From an uncultured Clostridia bacterium (lineage in GTDB: Bacteria; Bacillota; Clostridia; Christensenellales; UBA1242), in assembly GCA_947053595.1 (NCBI GenBank), contig CAMRSX010000003.1, positions 15,596 through 79,595 on the forward strand: a stretch of 64,000 nucleotides of DNA, written 5' to 3'. The position numbers were made by a program, and so were the translations under genes. Below the pieces are notes generated by a model. The model did not search any database and was not told where the DNA came from. It saw only the letters and a list, made by a program, of their open reading frames with translations. Below, piece by piece: positions 26,502 to 35,914 of this stretch; the first letter of the stretch is position 1, and each line of letters opens with the position of its first letter.

Positions 26502-27639
26502 ACTTACAAAGGTTGTTGTTGCATTTGTTTTGTGCATGGCATTTGTGATTGTGGGTGTTTCTGCCGCATTGGCGCAAGAGGCCAAGGCGGTGAACCTTTC
26601 CACTTCTGCAAAGGCTGCAGCTGTGATTGAAACTTCCACCAAGCGAAAGTTTTTTGCGCTTAATGAAGACAAAAAACTTCCAATGGCAAGCACAACAAAA
26701 ATCATGACGGCCATCACTGCCATTGAAAACTGTCCCAACCTTGACGAAAAATTTGAAATTTCTCCAAAGGCTGTTGGGGTGCCGGGCACTTCGCTGTATT
26801 TAAGGAAAGGGGATGTCTATTCCACGCGTGACCTGCTTTATGCGCTTATGCTGATTTCTGGCAATGATGCATCTGTGGCAATTGCCGAGCATGTTGCTGG
26901 CAGCACGGCAGAGTTTGTGACAATGATGAACAATCTCTCTGCCAAGATTGGTGCAAAAAACTCGCACTTTGCCAACACGCATGGGCTGGACGCAGATGGG
27001 CATTACACCACAGCATATGATTTGGCACTAATCACTGCCTATGCACTTGAAAACGACACTTTTAAAGAGATTGTCACCACCAAAAACATGAAAATCACAA
27101 ACGGCGCCGGCGAGAACAGATATTTAAAAAACAAAAACAAACTGCTTTCCACTTTGGAGGGCTGCATTGGCGTGAAAACTGGCTTCACAGACGATGCTGG
27201 CAGATGTTTGGTTTCCGCTGTGGAAAGGGATGGCATGAAAATTGTGTGTGTGGTTTTGAATTGTGGGCCAATGTTTCAAGAGAGCGCAGCGCTGCTTTGC
27301 GAATGCGCAGAGCAGTTTAAGCTGTATGACCTGACAGAGCAATATCAACTTTCGCCAAGCGTTGCTGTCACAAACGGCAGAAAGGACAGTGTGCAAATTG
27401 GAACGGAAGGGCATTTTGTCTATCCGCTTTCGCAGCAGGAGCTCAAGAAGCTGAGATTTGAATATTCTTGCCCAGAAAGCTTGGAGGCTCCAATGCCAAA
27501 AGGTACACAAATTGGAGAAGTGAAAATATTTTTGGATAATGACTTGCTATTTTCTGAGAAAATCTTTACAATAGAAGAAGTGAAACCAAAGTCAGTTGTG
27601 CAGAGGATGAAAGATTTTTTTGGAAACTGGGTGGCATAA
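26482..27639 (+). CDS. D-alanyl-D-alanine carboxypeptidase (PBP5/DacB-like)
   Basis: Start moved to the ATG at 26482 (MRTKIGKL… signal peptide). Motifs SxxK (ASTTK), SxN (SGND) and KTG (KTGFT). Confidence 0.8.
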   Translation: MRTKIGKLTKVVVAFVLCMAFVIVGVSAALAQEAKAVNLSTSAKAAAVIETSTKRKFFALNEDKKLPMASTTKIMTAITAIENCPNLDEKFEISPKAVGVPGTSLYLRKGDVYSTRDLLYALMLISGNDASVAIAEHVAGSTAEFVTMMNNLSAKIGAKNSHFANTHGLDADGHYTTAYDLALITAYALENDTFKEIVTTKNMKITNGAGENRYLKNKNKLLSTLEGCIGVKTGFTDDAGRCLVSAVERDGMKIVCVVLNCGPMFQESAALLCECAEQFKLYDLTEQYQLSPSVAVTNGRKDSVQIGTEGHFVYPLSQQELKKLRFEYSCPESLEAPMPKGTQIGEVKIFLDNDLLFSEKIFTIEEVKPKSVVQRMKDFFGNWVA

Positions 27640-27776
27640 GTTGAATTTGCCTCAAAAAGCATTGCCACAGCAAGGGGCTGAAAATTAATTGTTTTTTAAA
27701 AAAGCGTTTAAGATAAAGCGCATTTAAAACCTTGCCAAAAGCAAACACAAAATCTTTTTCAAAATTTTTCAATTTC

Positions 27777-27820
27777 AACCTCTTTTGAAGCTGACTGCAG
27801 TTTTTTAAAAGAGGTTTTTT
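27777..27820 (+). terminator. Long hairpin plus T-run whose 3' arm contains the rluB Shine-Dalgarno sequence
   Basis: 10-bp arms aacctctttt/aaaagaggtt followed by tttt, ending 3 nt before the ATG at 27824. Confidence 0.5.
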
Positions 27821-27823
27821 GTT

Positions 27824-28531
27824 ATGAGATTGAACAAATTTTTAAGTGCCTGCGGCGTGGCTTCAAGGCGAAAATGTGACGAGGTGATTTTGGAGGGGAA
27901 GGTTTTTGTGAATGGCAAACAAATTTCACAAGTGGGGCTTTCCATCAACGAAAAAAAGGACGTTGTAACTTTGGACGGCAAAACGCTTGCTTTGCCAAAG
28001 CAGTTTGTTTATTTGAAGATGAACAAGCCCAAGGGGTATGCCTGCACGGCAAGTGACGAGCGCGGAAGAAAAACCATCTTTGAGTTGGTGGACTGTGATG
28101 TGCGACTTATTCATGTTGGTAGGCTGGATTATAACACCGAAGGGTTGATTTTTCTCACCAACGACGGCGATTTTGCCAATTTGGTGACACACCCAAGGTT
28201 TCATTTTGAAAAGGAGTATCGCGTGAGCGTGGAAGGCGAGATGAAGGAAAGCGAACTGGCGGTGCTGAGAAATGGCGTGGTGGAAAATGGCGTCAGAATG
28301 CCAAAGGCCAAAGTTAAGTTTTTGTCTTTTGACGGAAAAAACACCAAGCTTTCTGTTGTGATTGACGAAGGTCAAAATCATCAGGTGAGAAGGATGTTTG
28401 ACGCCATTGGCAGAAGCATTGTGCTGCTTAAGCGCGTGCGCATTGGCGATGTGCTTCTGGGCGGCTTGACGCGCGGAAAAACCAAGCCAATGACGGCGGA
28501 AGAGATTGCCTTCTTTAAGGGAGAAAAATGA
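27824..28531 (+). CDS. rluB: Pseudouridine synthase (RsuA/RluB family) with an S4 domain
   Basis: RLNKFLSACGVASRRKCDEVI (S4 domain) and HVGRLDYNTEGLIFLTNDG (catalytic Asp motif). Confidence 0.8.
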   Translation: MRLNKFLSACGVASRRKCDEVILEGKVFVNGKQISQVGLSINEKKDVVTLDGKTLALPKQFVYLKMNKPKGYACTASDERGRKTIFELVDCDVRLIHVGRLDYNTEGLIFLTNDGDFANLVTHPRFHFEKEYRVSVEGEMKESELAVLRNGVVENGVRMPKAKVKFLSFDGKNTKLSVVIDEGQNHQVRRMFDAIGRSIVLLKRVRIGDVLLGGLTRGKTKPMTAEEIAFFKGEK

Positions 28532-29859
28532 GCAAGGTTGCAGTTGTTGGAGCAGGTGCAGCGGGGCTGATGGTGGCAGGTTTTTTGGCAAACGATGGGC
28601 ATGAAGTTTTTGTTTTTGACGGAAACGAAAAGGCTGGCAAAAAGCTTTACATCACAGGCAAAGGACGCTGCAATCTCACAAATTTGTGTGAAGCAGAAGA
28701 GTTTTTGCAAAATGTTGTGCGCGGAGAGAAGTTTATGCGCTCGGCAATATACAATTTCACGCCGCAGGATGCTGTGGACTTTTTTGAAAGCTTGGGGCTT
28801 TCAACCAAGGTGGAAAGAGGCGCCAGAGTGTTTCCACAAAGCGATAAATCAAGCGACGTGATTAAAGTACTGAAAGAAAAACATTGCAAAAAAGTGAAGT
28901 TTTGTTTTGGAGAAAAAGTTGAATGTGTTGAAAGCGTGGACTGTAGTTCCTTCGACGCGACTCCCGCTGACACTTTGAGCAAAGTTGAAGAATTTAGGGA
29001 GTGGGCTCAGGATGACAATAAAAAAAGTTGTCAGCCAGCTTTTATCCTATCAACAAAAAAAGGGCGCTTTGCCTTTGACAAAGTTGTGATTGCAACGGGT
29101 GGCAAAAGCTATGTTTCCACTGGCAGCACAGGGGACGGATATTCCATTGCAAAAGCGTTTGGGCATAAGGTTGTTGAGGCTGTGCCAGCGCTTTGTGCCA
29201 TAAAACTGAAAGATGGCTTTGTGAAAAGTTTGCAAGGGGTGTCATTGAAAAATGTGCAATTAACCAGTGTGGCAGACGGCAAAAAAAGAAGTTTTTTTGG
29301 CGAGATGCTGTTCACCGATTGTGGCATTTCTGGGCCGATTGTGCTGACAGCTTCCAGTTTTTTGAACAGGGCGCAAAATGTGGCGCTTTCTCTTGATTTT
29401 AAGCCTGCGCTTTCTGAAAGTCAGCTGGAGGCGAGGCTTTTGAGAGATTTTGAAGCAAACAAAAACAAAGAACTCAAAACAATCTTTCGCGGGCTTTTGC
29501 CAAAGGTTGTGGCGGAGGTTTTTGCAAAGGCAGTTGGGCTGCACGAAGAGCAAAAAATCCACTCTGTCACAAAAGAGCAGCGCGCAAAAATTGTTGCGGG
29601 TTTAAAAAACTTCAGGCTGTGCTTTGGCGGACTGTATGGGCTGGATGCTGGCATTGTCACAAGTGGCGGCGTGGAACTGTCCCAAATCAATCCCAAAACC
29701 TTTGAAAGCAAACGGGTGCAAGGGTTGTATTTTGTTGGAGAAGTGCTGGATGTGGATGCGCTGACAGGCGGCTTCAATCTGCAATGCTGCTGGTCATGCG
29801 CCAAAAGCTGCGCTGACAACTTCCTTTTGTCACAAAAGTGTCAAAAGGGTGCGTATTAA
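28528..29859 (+). CDS. NAD(P)/FAD-dependent oxidoreductase, HI0933/BaiN-like family
   Basis: VAVVGAGAAGLMVA dinucleotide fold, ITGKGRCN, IATGGKSY…GSTGDGY, GGV…GLYFVGEVLDVDALTGGFNLQ. The start overlaps the rluB stop (ATGA). Confidence 0.75.
   Translation: MSKVAVVGAGAAGLMVAGFLANDGHEVFVFDGNEKAGKKLYITGKGRCNLTNLCEAEEFLQNVVRGEKFMRSAIYNFTPQDAVDFFESLGLSTKVERGARVFPQSDKSSDVIKVLKEKHCKKVKFCFGEKVECVESVDCSSFDATPADTLSKVEEFREWAQDDNKKSCQPAFILSTKKGRFAFDKVVIATGGKSYVSTGSTGDGYSIAKAFGHKVVEAVPALCAIKLKDGFVKSLQGVSLKNVQLTSVADGKKRSFFGEMLFTDCGISGPIVLTASSFLNRAQNVALSLDFKPALSESQLEARLLRDFEANKNKELKTIFRGLLPKVVAEVFAKAVGLHEEQKIHSVTKEQRAKIVAGLKNFRLCFGGLYGLDAGIVTSGGVELSQINPKTFESKRVQGLYFVGEVLDVDALTGGFNLQCCWSCAKSCADNFLLSQKCQKGAY
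28936..29040 (+). repeat. Repeat-like segment inserted in-frame in the flavoprotein gene
   Basis: The segment …ccttcgacgcgactcccgctgacac…gggctcaggatgaca… shares short strings with repeat family R1. It encodes about 33 extra residues (DCSSFDATPADTLSKVEEFREWAQDDNKKSCQPA). Confidence 0.4.
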
Positions 29860-29931
29860 GTTTTGCTTTTGTTGACTTTTTTCCAATGGATGAGTAATAT
29901 ATTAAATATATAAGTATAGGAGATTTTGGCT

Positions 29932-30546
29932 ATGTTCTATATGATTTGCAAGATTTTGCTTTGGATTCCGCTTATGCTTTTGCATCCAACCAGCATCAAG
30001 GGCAAGAAAAATTTGCCAAAGGGGAAGGCAATTTTGTGCCTAAATCATCGCAGCAACTGGGATTATGTCATGTTTGGGCTGAATTCCACCACCAAATATC
30101 GCGTGCTGGCAAAAAAAGAGCTTTTCAAAAACAAGCTTTTTGGTGCAATTTTGCGAAACTTTGGCGGCATTGAAATTGACCGCGAGGCAAACGACATCAA
30201 CGCCATCAAAACTTGCATGAAGGTTTTGAAGGACAACAAAAAACTGTTGGTTTTTCCAGAGGGAACACGCCTGAAAGATGAAACCCAAGTGATGGGCGAA
30301 ATCAAAAGCGGACTTGCCCTGATTGCCATCAAAACCAAAACGCCAGTTGTTCCTGTTTGGATTGTGAAAAAAGCAAAACTTTTCAGAAGAAACACCTATC
30401 TGATTGGCAAGCCATTTGAACTTTCAGATTTTTATGGCACAAAGCTGGACGAGGAAGCTTTGGAAAAGGCAAATTTGTTTGTGCGAAACAAGATGCTTGA
30501 AGTGAGAGAGCAGTGGCTGGAAAAGAAAACAAAAAAACGCAAATGA
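29932..30546 (+). CDS. plsC: 1-acyl-sn-glycerol-3-phosphate acyltransferase
   Basis: Motifs NHRSNWD (HX4D) and FPEGTR. RBS TAGGAG lies 9 nt upstream of the ATG at 29932. Confidence 0.8.
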   Translation: MFYMICKILLWIPLMLLHPTSIKGKKNLPKGKAILCLNHRSNWDYVMFGLNSTTKYRVLAKKELFKNKLFGAILRNFGGIEIDREANDINAIKTCMKVLKDNKKLLVFPEGTRLKDETQVMGEIKSGLALIAIKTKTPVVPVWIVKKAKLFRRNTYLIGKPFELSDFYGTKLDEEALEKANLFVRNKMLEVREQWLEKKTKKRK

Positions 30547-30639
30547 TTGCGTTTTTTTTAGTGGTAATTTTTAGTGGACATATTTTGTAACAAAACTTTT
30601 TGTGCAACCTTGTTGTTGCCAATTTTGTGAGGCGGTTTT

Positions 30640-31815
30640 TTATATGCCAATGGTTTTTTCTTTGTCTGTCAAGTGCACTCTGTTGCTGCAGATGTTGTCA
30701 ATGTCGTGGATGATATTGTCATTTTTTGTGCTGTGGGGTGCAAGTGTAATTTGGAATTGCTGCTTTGTTTCGTCAAAGCCAAATTGGCAGGCGTCAAAGT
30801 GGTGGCAATATCGCAGCAAGGTGTAAGTGAATTTGTTGGTTATGTTGTGCTGAATTTTGTTTCTTTTTTCCAAAACCTTTTCAAATGCTTGATTGCTTGC
30901 TTTGTCTGCTGTGGTTTCAAAGTCTTCAATGTTGGGGGCAGATATGATGTTGGCTTTGTCGGCGCTTATGCTGGCGTCATATCGAAGGGGAAGGAAGTTT
31001 GGCGCAAGCACTTTTTGAATGCCCTCTTTTTTTATGGCGGAAAGAAAAATTGTCAGCGCAACAAGTGCGTTTGGGGAAACTTCTCCCAAGATGCTTTGCA
31101 TGTCAACATCTTTGTTCACCTTTCTGAAAAATCTGTCCAATTTTTTTGGAAGAGCGCCAGTTTGTGAGGTGTGATGATTTTGAATGGCATAAACATATGC
31201 GGTTTTGTCTGCAATGCCATAGGTTATGCTGGGAAGTTCAAAAAAGTTGCTTTCTTTTTGCCAAAATTTTGTGTCAAATTGCAAAGGCCCTTCCAAATTG
31301 GAAAAAAGTTTGCTTGTGGATGCAAAAACTTCCAATTCGCCCATGTCACCAAGTTTGAAAAAACCAAGACGATATGGCGTTTCAATTTCTTTTATCTTTC
31401 TTTCAACATAGGCGTCCATGTTGTTTAAATCAAAGTTTGAGGCATTGATAATCAGCGAATAAATCAGCTTTTCAACAAAGGCAGGCGGTGTGAAAGCAAA
31501 ATGAGATGGCTCTTTTTTGTAAAACTCCTTTGCGCTTTCAACATATTTTGCAACCTTTTCAACAAAGTTGTTGAGGTTTGGAATTTGCACAGTGGGAACA
31601 AAAAAATCTTGCTCCAGCACCTTTTGAGGGGCTTGGAGGTTTGAAAAGATGTTTTCTCCGTTTTTGTAAAGCCGCCCATTGACATTGGCGTAAAATTTAA
31701 GCACATATCTCCAGTCAAGCCCGTCAAGAGTTTTGAAGACAACTTCTCCTTTGCTGGCCTGTGAAAACACATTGCCCATTGCTTTTTTGATGGTTTCAAA
31801 TGTTTTTGGTTCCAT
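30640..31815 (-). CDS. Hypothetical soluble protein (391 aa), family not recognised
   Basis: Long ORF with core-like codon usage. The ATG at 31815 lies 6 nt downstream of a TATAAT and has no SD, which suggests a leaderless mRNA. Confidence 0.6.
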   Translation of the reverse strand: MEPKTFETIKKAMGNVFSQASKGEVVFKTLDGLDWRYVLKFYANVNGRLYKNGENIFSNLQAPQKVLEQDFFVPTVQIPNLNNFVEKVAKYVESAKEFYKKEPSHFAFTPPAFVEKLIYSLIINASNFDLNNMDAYVERKIKEIETPYRLGFFKLGDMGELEVFASTSKLFSNLEGPLQFDTKFWQKESNFFELPSITYGIADKTAYVYAIQNHHTSQTGALPKKLDRFFRKVNKDVDMQSILGEVSPNALVALTIFLSAIKKEGIQKVLAPNFLPLRYDASISADKANIISAPNIEDFETTADKASNQAFEKVLEKRNKIQHNITNKFTYTLLRYCHHFDACQFGFDETKQQFQITLAPHSTKNDNIIHDIDNICSNRVHLTDKEKTIGI

Positions 31816-31821
31816 AAGCAC

Positions 31822-31850
31822 ATTATATCACTTGTTTTGTGCCAAAGCAA
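31822..31850 (-). promoter_or_regulatory. Promoter positioned for a leaderless transcript
   Basis: On the minus strand: TTGCTT (31850-31845), 17 nt ending in TGA, TATAAT (31827-31822), then 6 nt, then ATG. Confidence 0.5.
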
Positions 31851-31869
31851 TAACTTTTCTTAAAATTGT

Positions 31870-31898
31870 TTGACATTGAAAGCCTTTTTGTTTAATAT
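31870..31898 (+). promoter_or_regulatory. Sigma-A promoter upstream of the S1-domain gene
   Basis: TTGACA at 31870-31875, 17 nt, TAATAT at 31893-31898. Confidence 0.55.
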
Positions 31899-31942
31899 AT
31901 ATCAAAAGTGTGCCGCAGTTTGTGGCATGTTGAGGGAAAAAT

Positions 31943-32971
31943 ATGAGCGAAAAATTTAATTTGGAAATGATTGACAAAACTTTCACCGCATATCGCAAAG
32001 GGCAATGCTTTGACGGCGTGGTGGTGCTGCTTAGGGAGGATGGCTGCATCTTCAACATTGGCGGCAAAAATGATGCCTTCATTCCGGCATCCGATTTTGA
32101 GGATTATTCTGCTGTCAAGATTGGTGACCGCTTTGGTGTTGTCATCACAAAGCAAAAGAACGAAGAGGGGCTGATTGAAGCTTCAAAAGCATTGGCAGAC
32201 GCACTTAAGTTTGCAAATCAAAATGCACAAAGCCTGAAACTTGGCAGCAAGTTTTCTTTTGTGGCAACGGGCGTGGGCGATGGCTTGCTTTCAAAGATGG
32301 GAGATTATCAAATTCTCATTCCTTTTGATGAAGTGTCGGAAGGGTTTGTGAAAAATCATCACTCACTTGTTGGAAAGCAGTTTGAAGCGGTTGTCACCGA
32401 AATTGACAAAGAAAACAAGCGCATTGTGGGCAGTGTCAAACTGTTGCAACAGCAGACGCGCGTGGCAGTTGAAACCAATTTTTGGAACAGCATCTTCATC
32501 AACAAAATTGTCAAGGGAAAGGTGGAGCGCATTTTGCCTTATGGAGCGTTTGTCAGCGTGGACGGCTTTGATTGCTTTTTGCACATCTCTCAAATTTCTT
32601 ATGAGCGCTTGGACAAAGTGGAAGACGCACTTTGCGTGGGCGAAGAAAGACAGTTTAAGGTGATTAAGCTTGACCGCGAAAACAAAAAAGTGGAGCTTTC
32701 ACATAAGGCGGTTTTGGAAAATCCAAAACTTTCACAAATCAAACAACTTGTTGTTGGGCAAGTTTATGACGGTGAGGTTGTCAAACTTTTGCAGTTTGGC
32801 GCCATTGTCAAACTGGAAAACGGCGCAAGTGGTCTTTTGCACATTTCCAACGCAACGGATGACCGCACCAAAAAAATTTATGAAATTGTGAAGGCTGGCG
32901 ACAAGGTGCAAGTGGAAGTGATTTCAAAAGACGAAGAAGAGATGAAAGTTTCGTTTGCGCTTGCAAAATGA
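31943..32971 (+). CDS. S1 RNA-binding domain protein (ribosomal protein S1-like, four S1 repeats)
   Basis: 342 aa with repeated S1 signatures (G.V..I..YGAFV…G.GLLHIS). Confidence 0.75.
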   Translation: MSEKFNLEMIDKTFTAYRKGQCFDGVVVLLREDGCIFNIGGKNDAFIPASDFEDYSAVKIGDRFGVVITKQKNEEGLIEASKALADALKFANQNAQSLKLGSKFSFVATGVGDGLLSKMGDYQILIPFDEVSEGFVKNHHSLVGKQFEAVVTEIDKENKRIVGSVKLLQQQTRVAVETNFWNSIFINKIVKGKVERILPYGAFVSVDGFDCFLHISQISYERLDKVEDALCVGEERQFKVIKLDRENKKVELSHKAVLENPKLSQIKQLVVGQVYDGEVVKLLQFGAIVKLENGASGLLHISNATDDRTKKIYEIVKAGDKVQVEVISKDEEEMKVSFALAK

Positions 32972-33022
32972 AAAGCAATGTGATAAAATGAAAAAAATCT
33001 GGTGCCAAAAGCACCATTTTAT

Positions 33023-33098
33023 GCTGCTGTGGCTCAGTTGGTAGAGCAGCGCATTCGTAATGCGCGGGTCGGCGGTTCGAGTCCGCCCAGCAGCTCCA
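33023..33098 (+). tRNA. tRNA-Thr (anticodon CGT)
   Basis: gctgctgtggctcagttggtagagcagcgcattCGTaatgcgcgggtcggcggttcgagtccgcccagcagctcca. Acceptor pairing GCTGCTG/CAGCAGC. CCA is encoded. Confidence 0.9.
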
Positions 33099-33137
33099 TA
33101 TAAACTAAGTAAAAAGTCTTCTTTGAGAGGAGATAAA

Positions 33138-34004
33138 ATGAAAAAAAACTATAAAGCCTATGAAAAGCCAAAAATGGAACAAGATAGATTAGACTTGCAA
33201 ACAAAAAACGGTTCAAAGTTTACTCAAAATATTATTGAGAAAGCATTTGAAGAAATTCCTAAAGATGCCGTTGTAATGGATTTCGGTTGTTTTAATGGAA
33301 ACTCAACGAAGACCTTTTTTAGTCAAAATGAAAATCAATGCAAAAGAATTATAGGTTTAGATTTTGTTGCTGACGCAATAGAGCAAGCAAATAAAGATAC
33401 GCATGATGGAAAATATAAATTTATTTTTGCCGATTTAGAATCTTCTGATCTTGAAAAAATAATTTCAGATTGCTTAAAAGTGGAAGGGAAAAAATATATA
33501 GACATAGCCTTTATTTCCTATGTGCTTTTACATTTAAAGAAACCTGAAAAGTTATTGAAGTTAATTGCAAAGTTTTCTGATTGTAATACAGTTGTTATAA
33601 TTAAGGATACGGACGATGCATTAAAAATTTGTTATCCTGGAAACGAGATTTTACAAGAAGAAATAGAGGTGTATTCAAGACTTCGTTTAATTTCTAGATA
33701 TAGTGATAGATTTATTGGAAGGAAAATTCCTAAAATGCTTATGCAGGCGGGATTCAAAAATGTCGAGTGTTTTCAATCAAAAGGAACAACTTTGGGAAAA
33801 ACTTTAAAAGAACGTAGAGATCAGTATGAAGTTGATTTTTCATATCGAGAGTATCCGGATTTTCCAGAAGTAGACACAGATACAACTGAATTTCAGGCAT
33901 TAAATAAAAGAAATAAGGAATTATTAAGAAAGATAAAAAAATTATTTGAAAAAGATGATTTCTTTTATTTAAAATTCACATTTACATTTATCGCAAAAAA
34001 ATAA
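33138..34004 (+). CDS. Class I SAM-dependent methyltransferase
   Basis: Start moved to the ATG at 33138 (RBS GAGAGGAG). VVMDFGCFNGNST is a motif I-like block. AT-rich codon usage. Confidence 0.65.
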   Translation: MKKNYKAYEKPKMEQDRLDLQTKNGSKFTQNIIEKAFEEIPKDAVVMDFGCFNGNSTKTFFSQNENQCKRIIGLDFVADAIEQANKDTHDGKYKFIFADLESSDLEKIISDCLKVEGKKYIDIAFISYVLLHLKKPEKLLKLIAKFSDCNTVVIIKDTDDALKICYPGNEILQEEIEVYSRLRLISRYSDRFIGRKIPKMLMQAGFKNVECFQSKGTTLGKTLKERRDQYEVDFSYREYPDFPEVDTDTTEFQALNKRNKELLRKIKKLFEKDDFFYLKFTFTFIAKK

Positions 34005-34092
34005 TGTGTCGCAAAATCTGCGAAAAAGCATAAGCAGATATACGAGAGTGCAAGCCCAGATGAACTAAGCAAAAAATTCCTATTTTGGAGAG

Positions 34093-34413
34093 GTGATTAT
34101 GATTATATTTGAGCGCTCAAACAACAAGCAATTAGAAAAACAAATTGAAGGCTGGTTGAGAACATTTAACAAAAGCCAAAAAGAATGGTTTAGAGAAAGA
34201 GCTTATAAATCTGAAACTGAAAACTTTTTTGCCTTTGACGGGGAAAAACTGATTGGTGGGGCTGTTGGTTGTGTAAAATATAACTGGTATTATTTGGATT
34301 TGTTGTTTGTGGACGAGGTTTATAGAAATAAGAAAATTGGAAGCCAGTTGTTAAGGCAGATTGAAGATTGTCCACCTGGAATAACAGAATATCATTTAAA
34401 GAAGGTGCTATGA
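34093..34413 (+). CDS. GNAT-family N-acetyltransferase, short (possibly C-terminally truncated)
   Basis: LLFVDEVYRNKKIGSQLLRQIE is a motif A-like block. Only 106 aa. Confidence 0.5.
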   Translation: MIMIIFERSNNKQLEKQIEGWLRTFNKSQKEWFRERAYKSETENFFAFDGEKLIGGAVGCVKYNWYYLDLLFVDEVYRNKKIGSQLLRQIEDCPPGITEYHLKKVL

Positions 34414-34907
34414 ACATACGATTAGAAAAATCTGCTACATTCTTAAATGATATTAAAAATCTATACAAAACAGCATTTCCTGAAAATGAAAGATGCGATT
34501 TTGATTATTTATTAAATGAAAGATATTCTGATTACGAAATGTTTGCAATAACAAAAGAAAATGATTTTGTTGGATTTATTTTTGTTGCTTTTTACAAAGA
34601 TATTGTATATGTAAATTATTTTGCAATTAGAGAAGAATTCAGAAATTGCGGCTTTGGCTCTATGGCGCTTGGGTTGCTGAAAGAAAAATTTAAGGATTTT
34701 AACATTTTGCTTAGTATTGAAAAGCCCATTTCGCAAGCGCAAAAAAGAAGGTTGAAGTTTTATCAAAAAAACAACTTTTTTGTCACAGGCTTTGAATTGA
34801 AAAATCGCAACACACCCTTTCAAGTTTTGTGTTATGGGAAGTTTGAAAAGCAGGTGTTGCTGCAATTTTTTGACACTTATTTTCCAAATGCAGAATATTG
34901 CACATGA
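34410..34907 (+). CDS. GNAT-family N-acetyltransferase
   Basis: Its ATG overlaps the upstream stop (ATGA). YFAIREEFRNCGFGSMAL is a motif A-like block. Confidence 0.65.
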   Translation: MNIRLEKSATFLNDIKNLYKTAFPENERCDFDYLLNERYSDYEMFAITKENDFVGFIFVAFYKDIVYVNYFAIREEFRNCGFGSMALGLLKEKFKDFNILLSIEKPISQAQKRRLKFYQKNNFFVTGFELKNRNTPFQVLCYGKFEKQVLLQFFDTYFPNAEYCT

Positions 34908-34919
34908 TTGAAATGTGCT

Positions 34920-35747
34920 AGGCTTTTCTTGTTGGGGAAAAGAGGTTGGAAAGTGGTGGCTGTTGTTATTAAGTTGCTCAATCAACAGTTGTGCGCCATA
35001 CATGGCGTTGATGACACCGTTTGCGCCGCAACTTAGCATATAGAAGATGTTGGGGTCTTCAGATTTTCCAATCAGACCCAAGTTGTTGTCTGTTTCGTCA
35101 AAAGCGCCGCAAAAACAATATTCAACCTCAAGTTGATTTTCAATTTTTCGTATTTTTTTGTGCAAGAGGGGAGGATATTTGCCCTTTGAAAGGGGTGTCT
35201 TCGCCGCCAAAGATGATTCTTCCGTCTGGCAGCAATCGAAAATAGTGATATGTTTTTTTGTCATCTTGCAGCAAGGCGTTGGGCAGAAGGTGAATGTCTT
35301 TTATGGGGTTTGTGACAATGGTGTATGACACGCTTCTGGTGCAAATTGAAGGGGCTGGAATGACAGGAATTTCCATGTTGATTGATGAACTCTTCAATTT
35401 TTTTTGATGCTGACAAGCCCCATTTTGTAAGTTTCAACCACTTTCTCTTCGCTTAGGAGGCTTTTGAGGTTTTTGGCATAGTCATCCAGCTGATATTCCA
35501 GCAACACGGTGGCGCAAGATATGCAGCCAAAGCCAAATCTGGATTTGTCCACCATTGTCACATTGAAGTGCTGAGACAAATAATAATTTGTGATTGCGCC
35601 CACAATGCCTCCGCCAATGATGAGGATGTCGGTTTGGATGTCTGAGTTGAGATATGGATATTTCTGCAGCCTTTAAAATTGGCAAAAAAATGGATTGCCT
35701 TTGACATATTCTTGAGTTTGCTTTTTGGGCGTGAAAATTCTTTTCAT
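34920..35747 (-). pseudogene. Decayed FAD-dependent oxidoreductase (DAO family) gene
   Basis: Ancestral ATG at 35747. In-frame TAA at 35675-35673. The Rossmann motif DILIIGGGIVGA follows. The frame changes near 35395 and again near 35150-35200. Recognisable blocks are YFRLLPDGRIIFGGED and CGANGVINAMYGAQLL. Confidence 0.7.
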
Positions 35748-35914
35748 GATATTAATGTTTGACGATGTGCGTTGTTTTATGCTATGATTGAAAAAGAAAG
35801 TTGATTTAAAAAATTGCTTGGGTTTAAGGCTTCAAAAAATGCTTCAAAAAAGCTGGCAAAGCGCTGAACAAAAATTGTCCAAAAACTTTGAAAGGGATTT
35901 TGAAAGAGGTTTGA

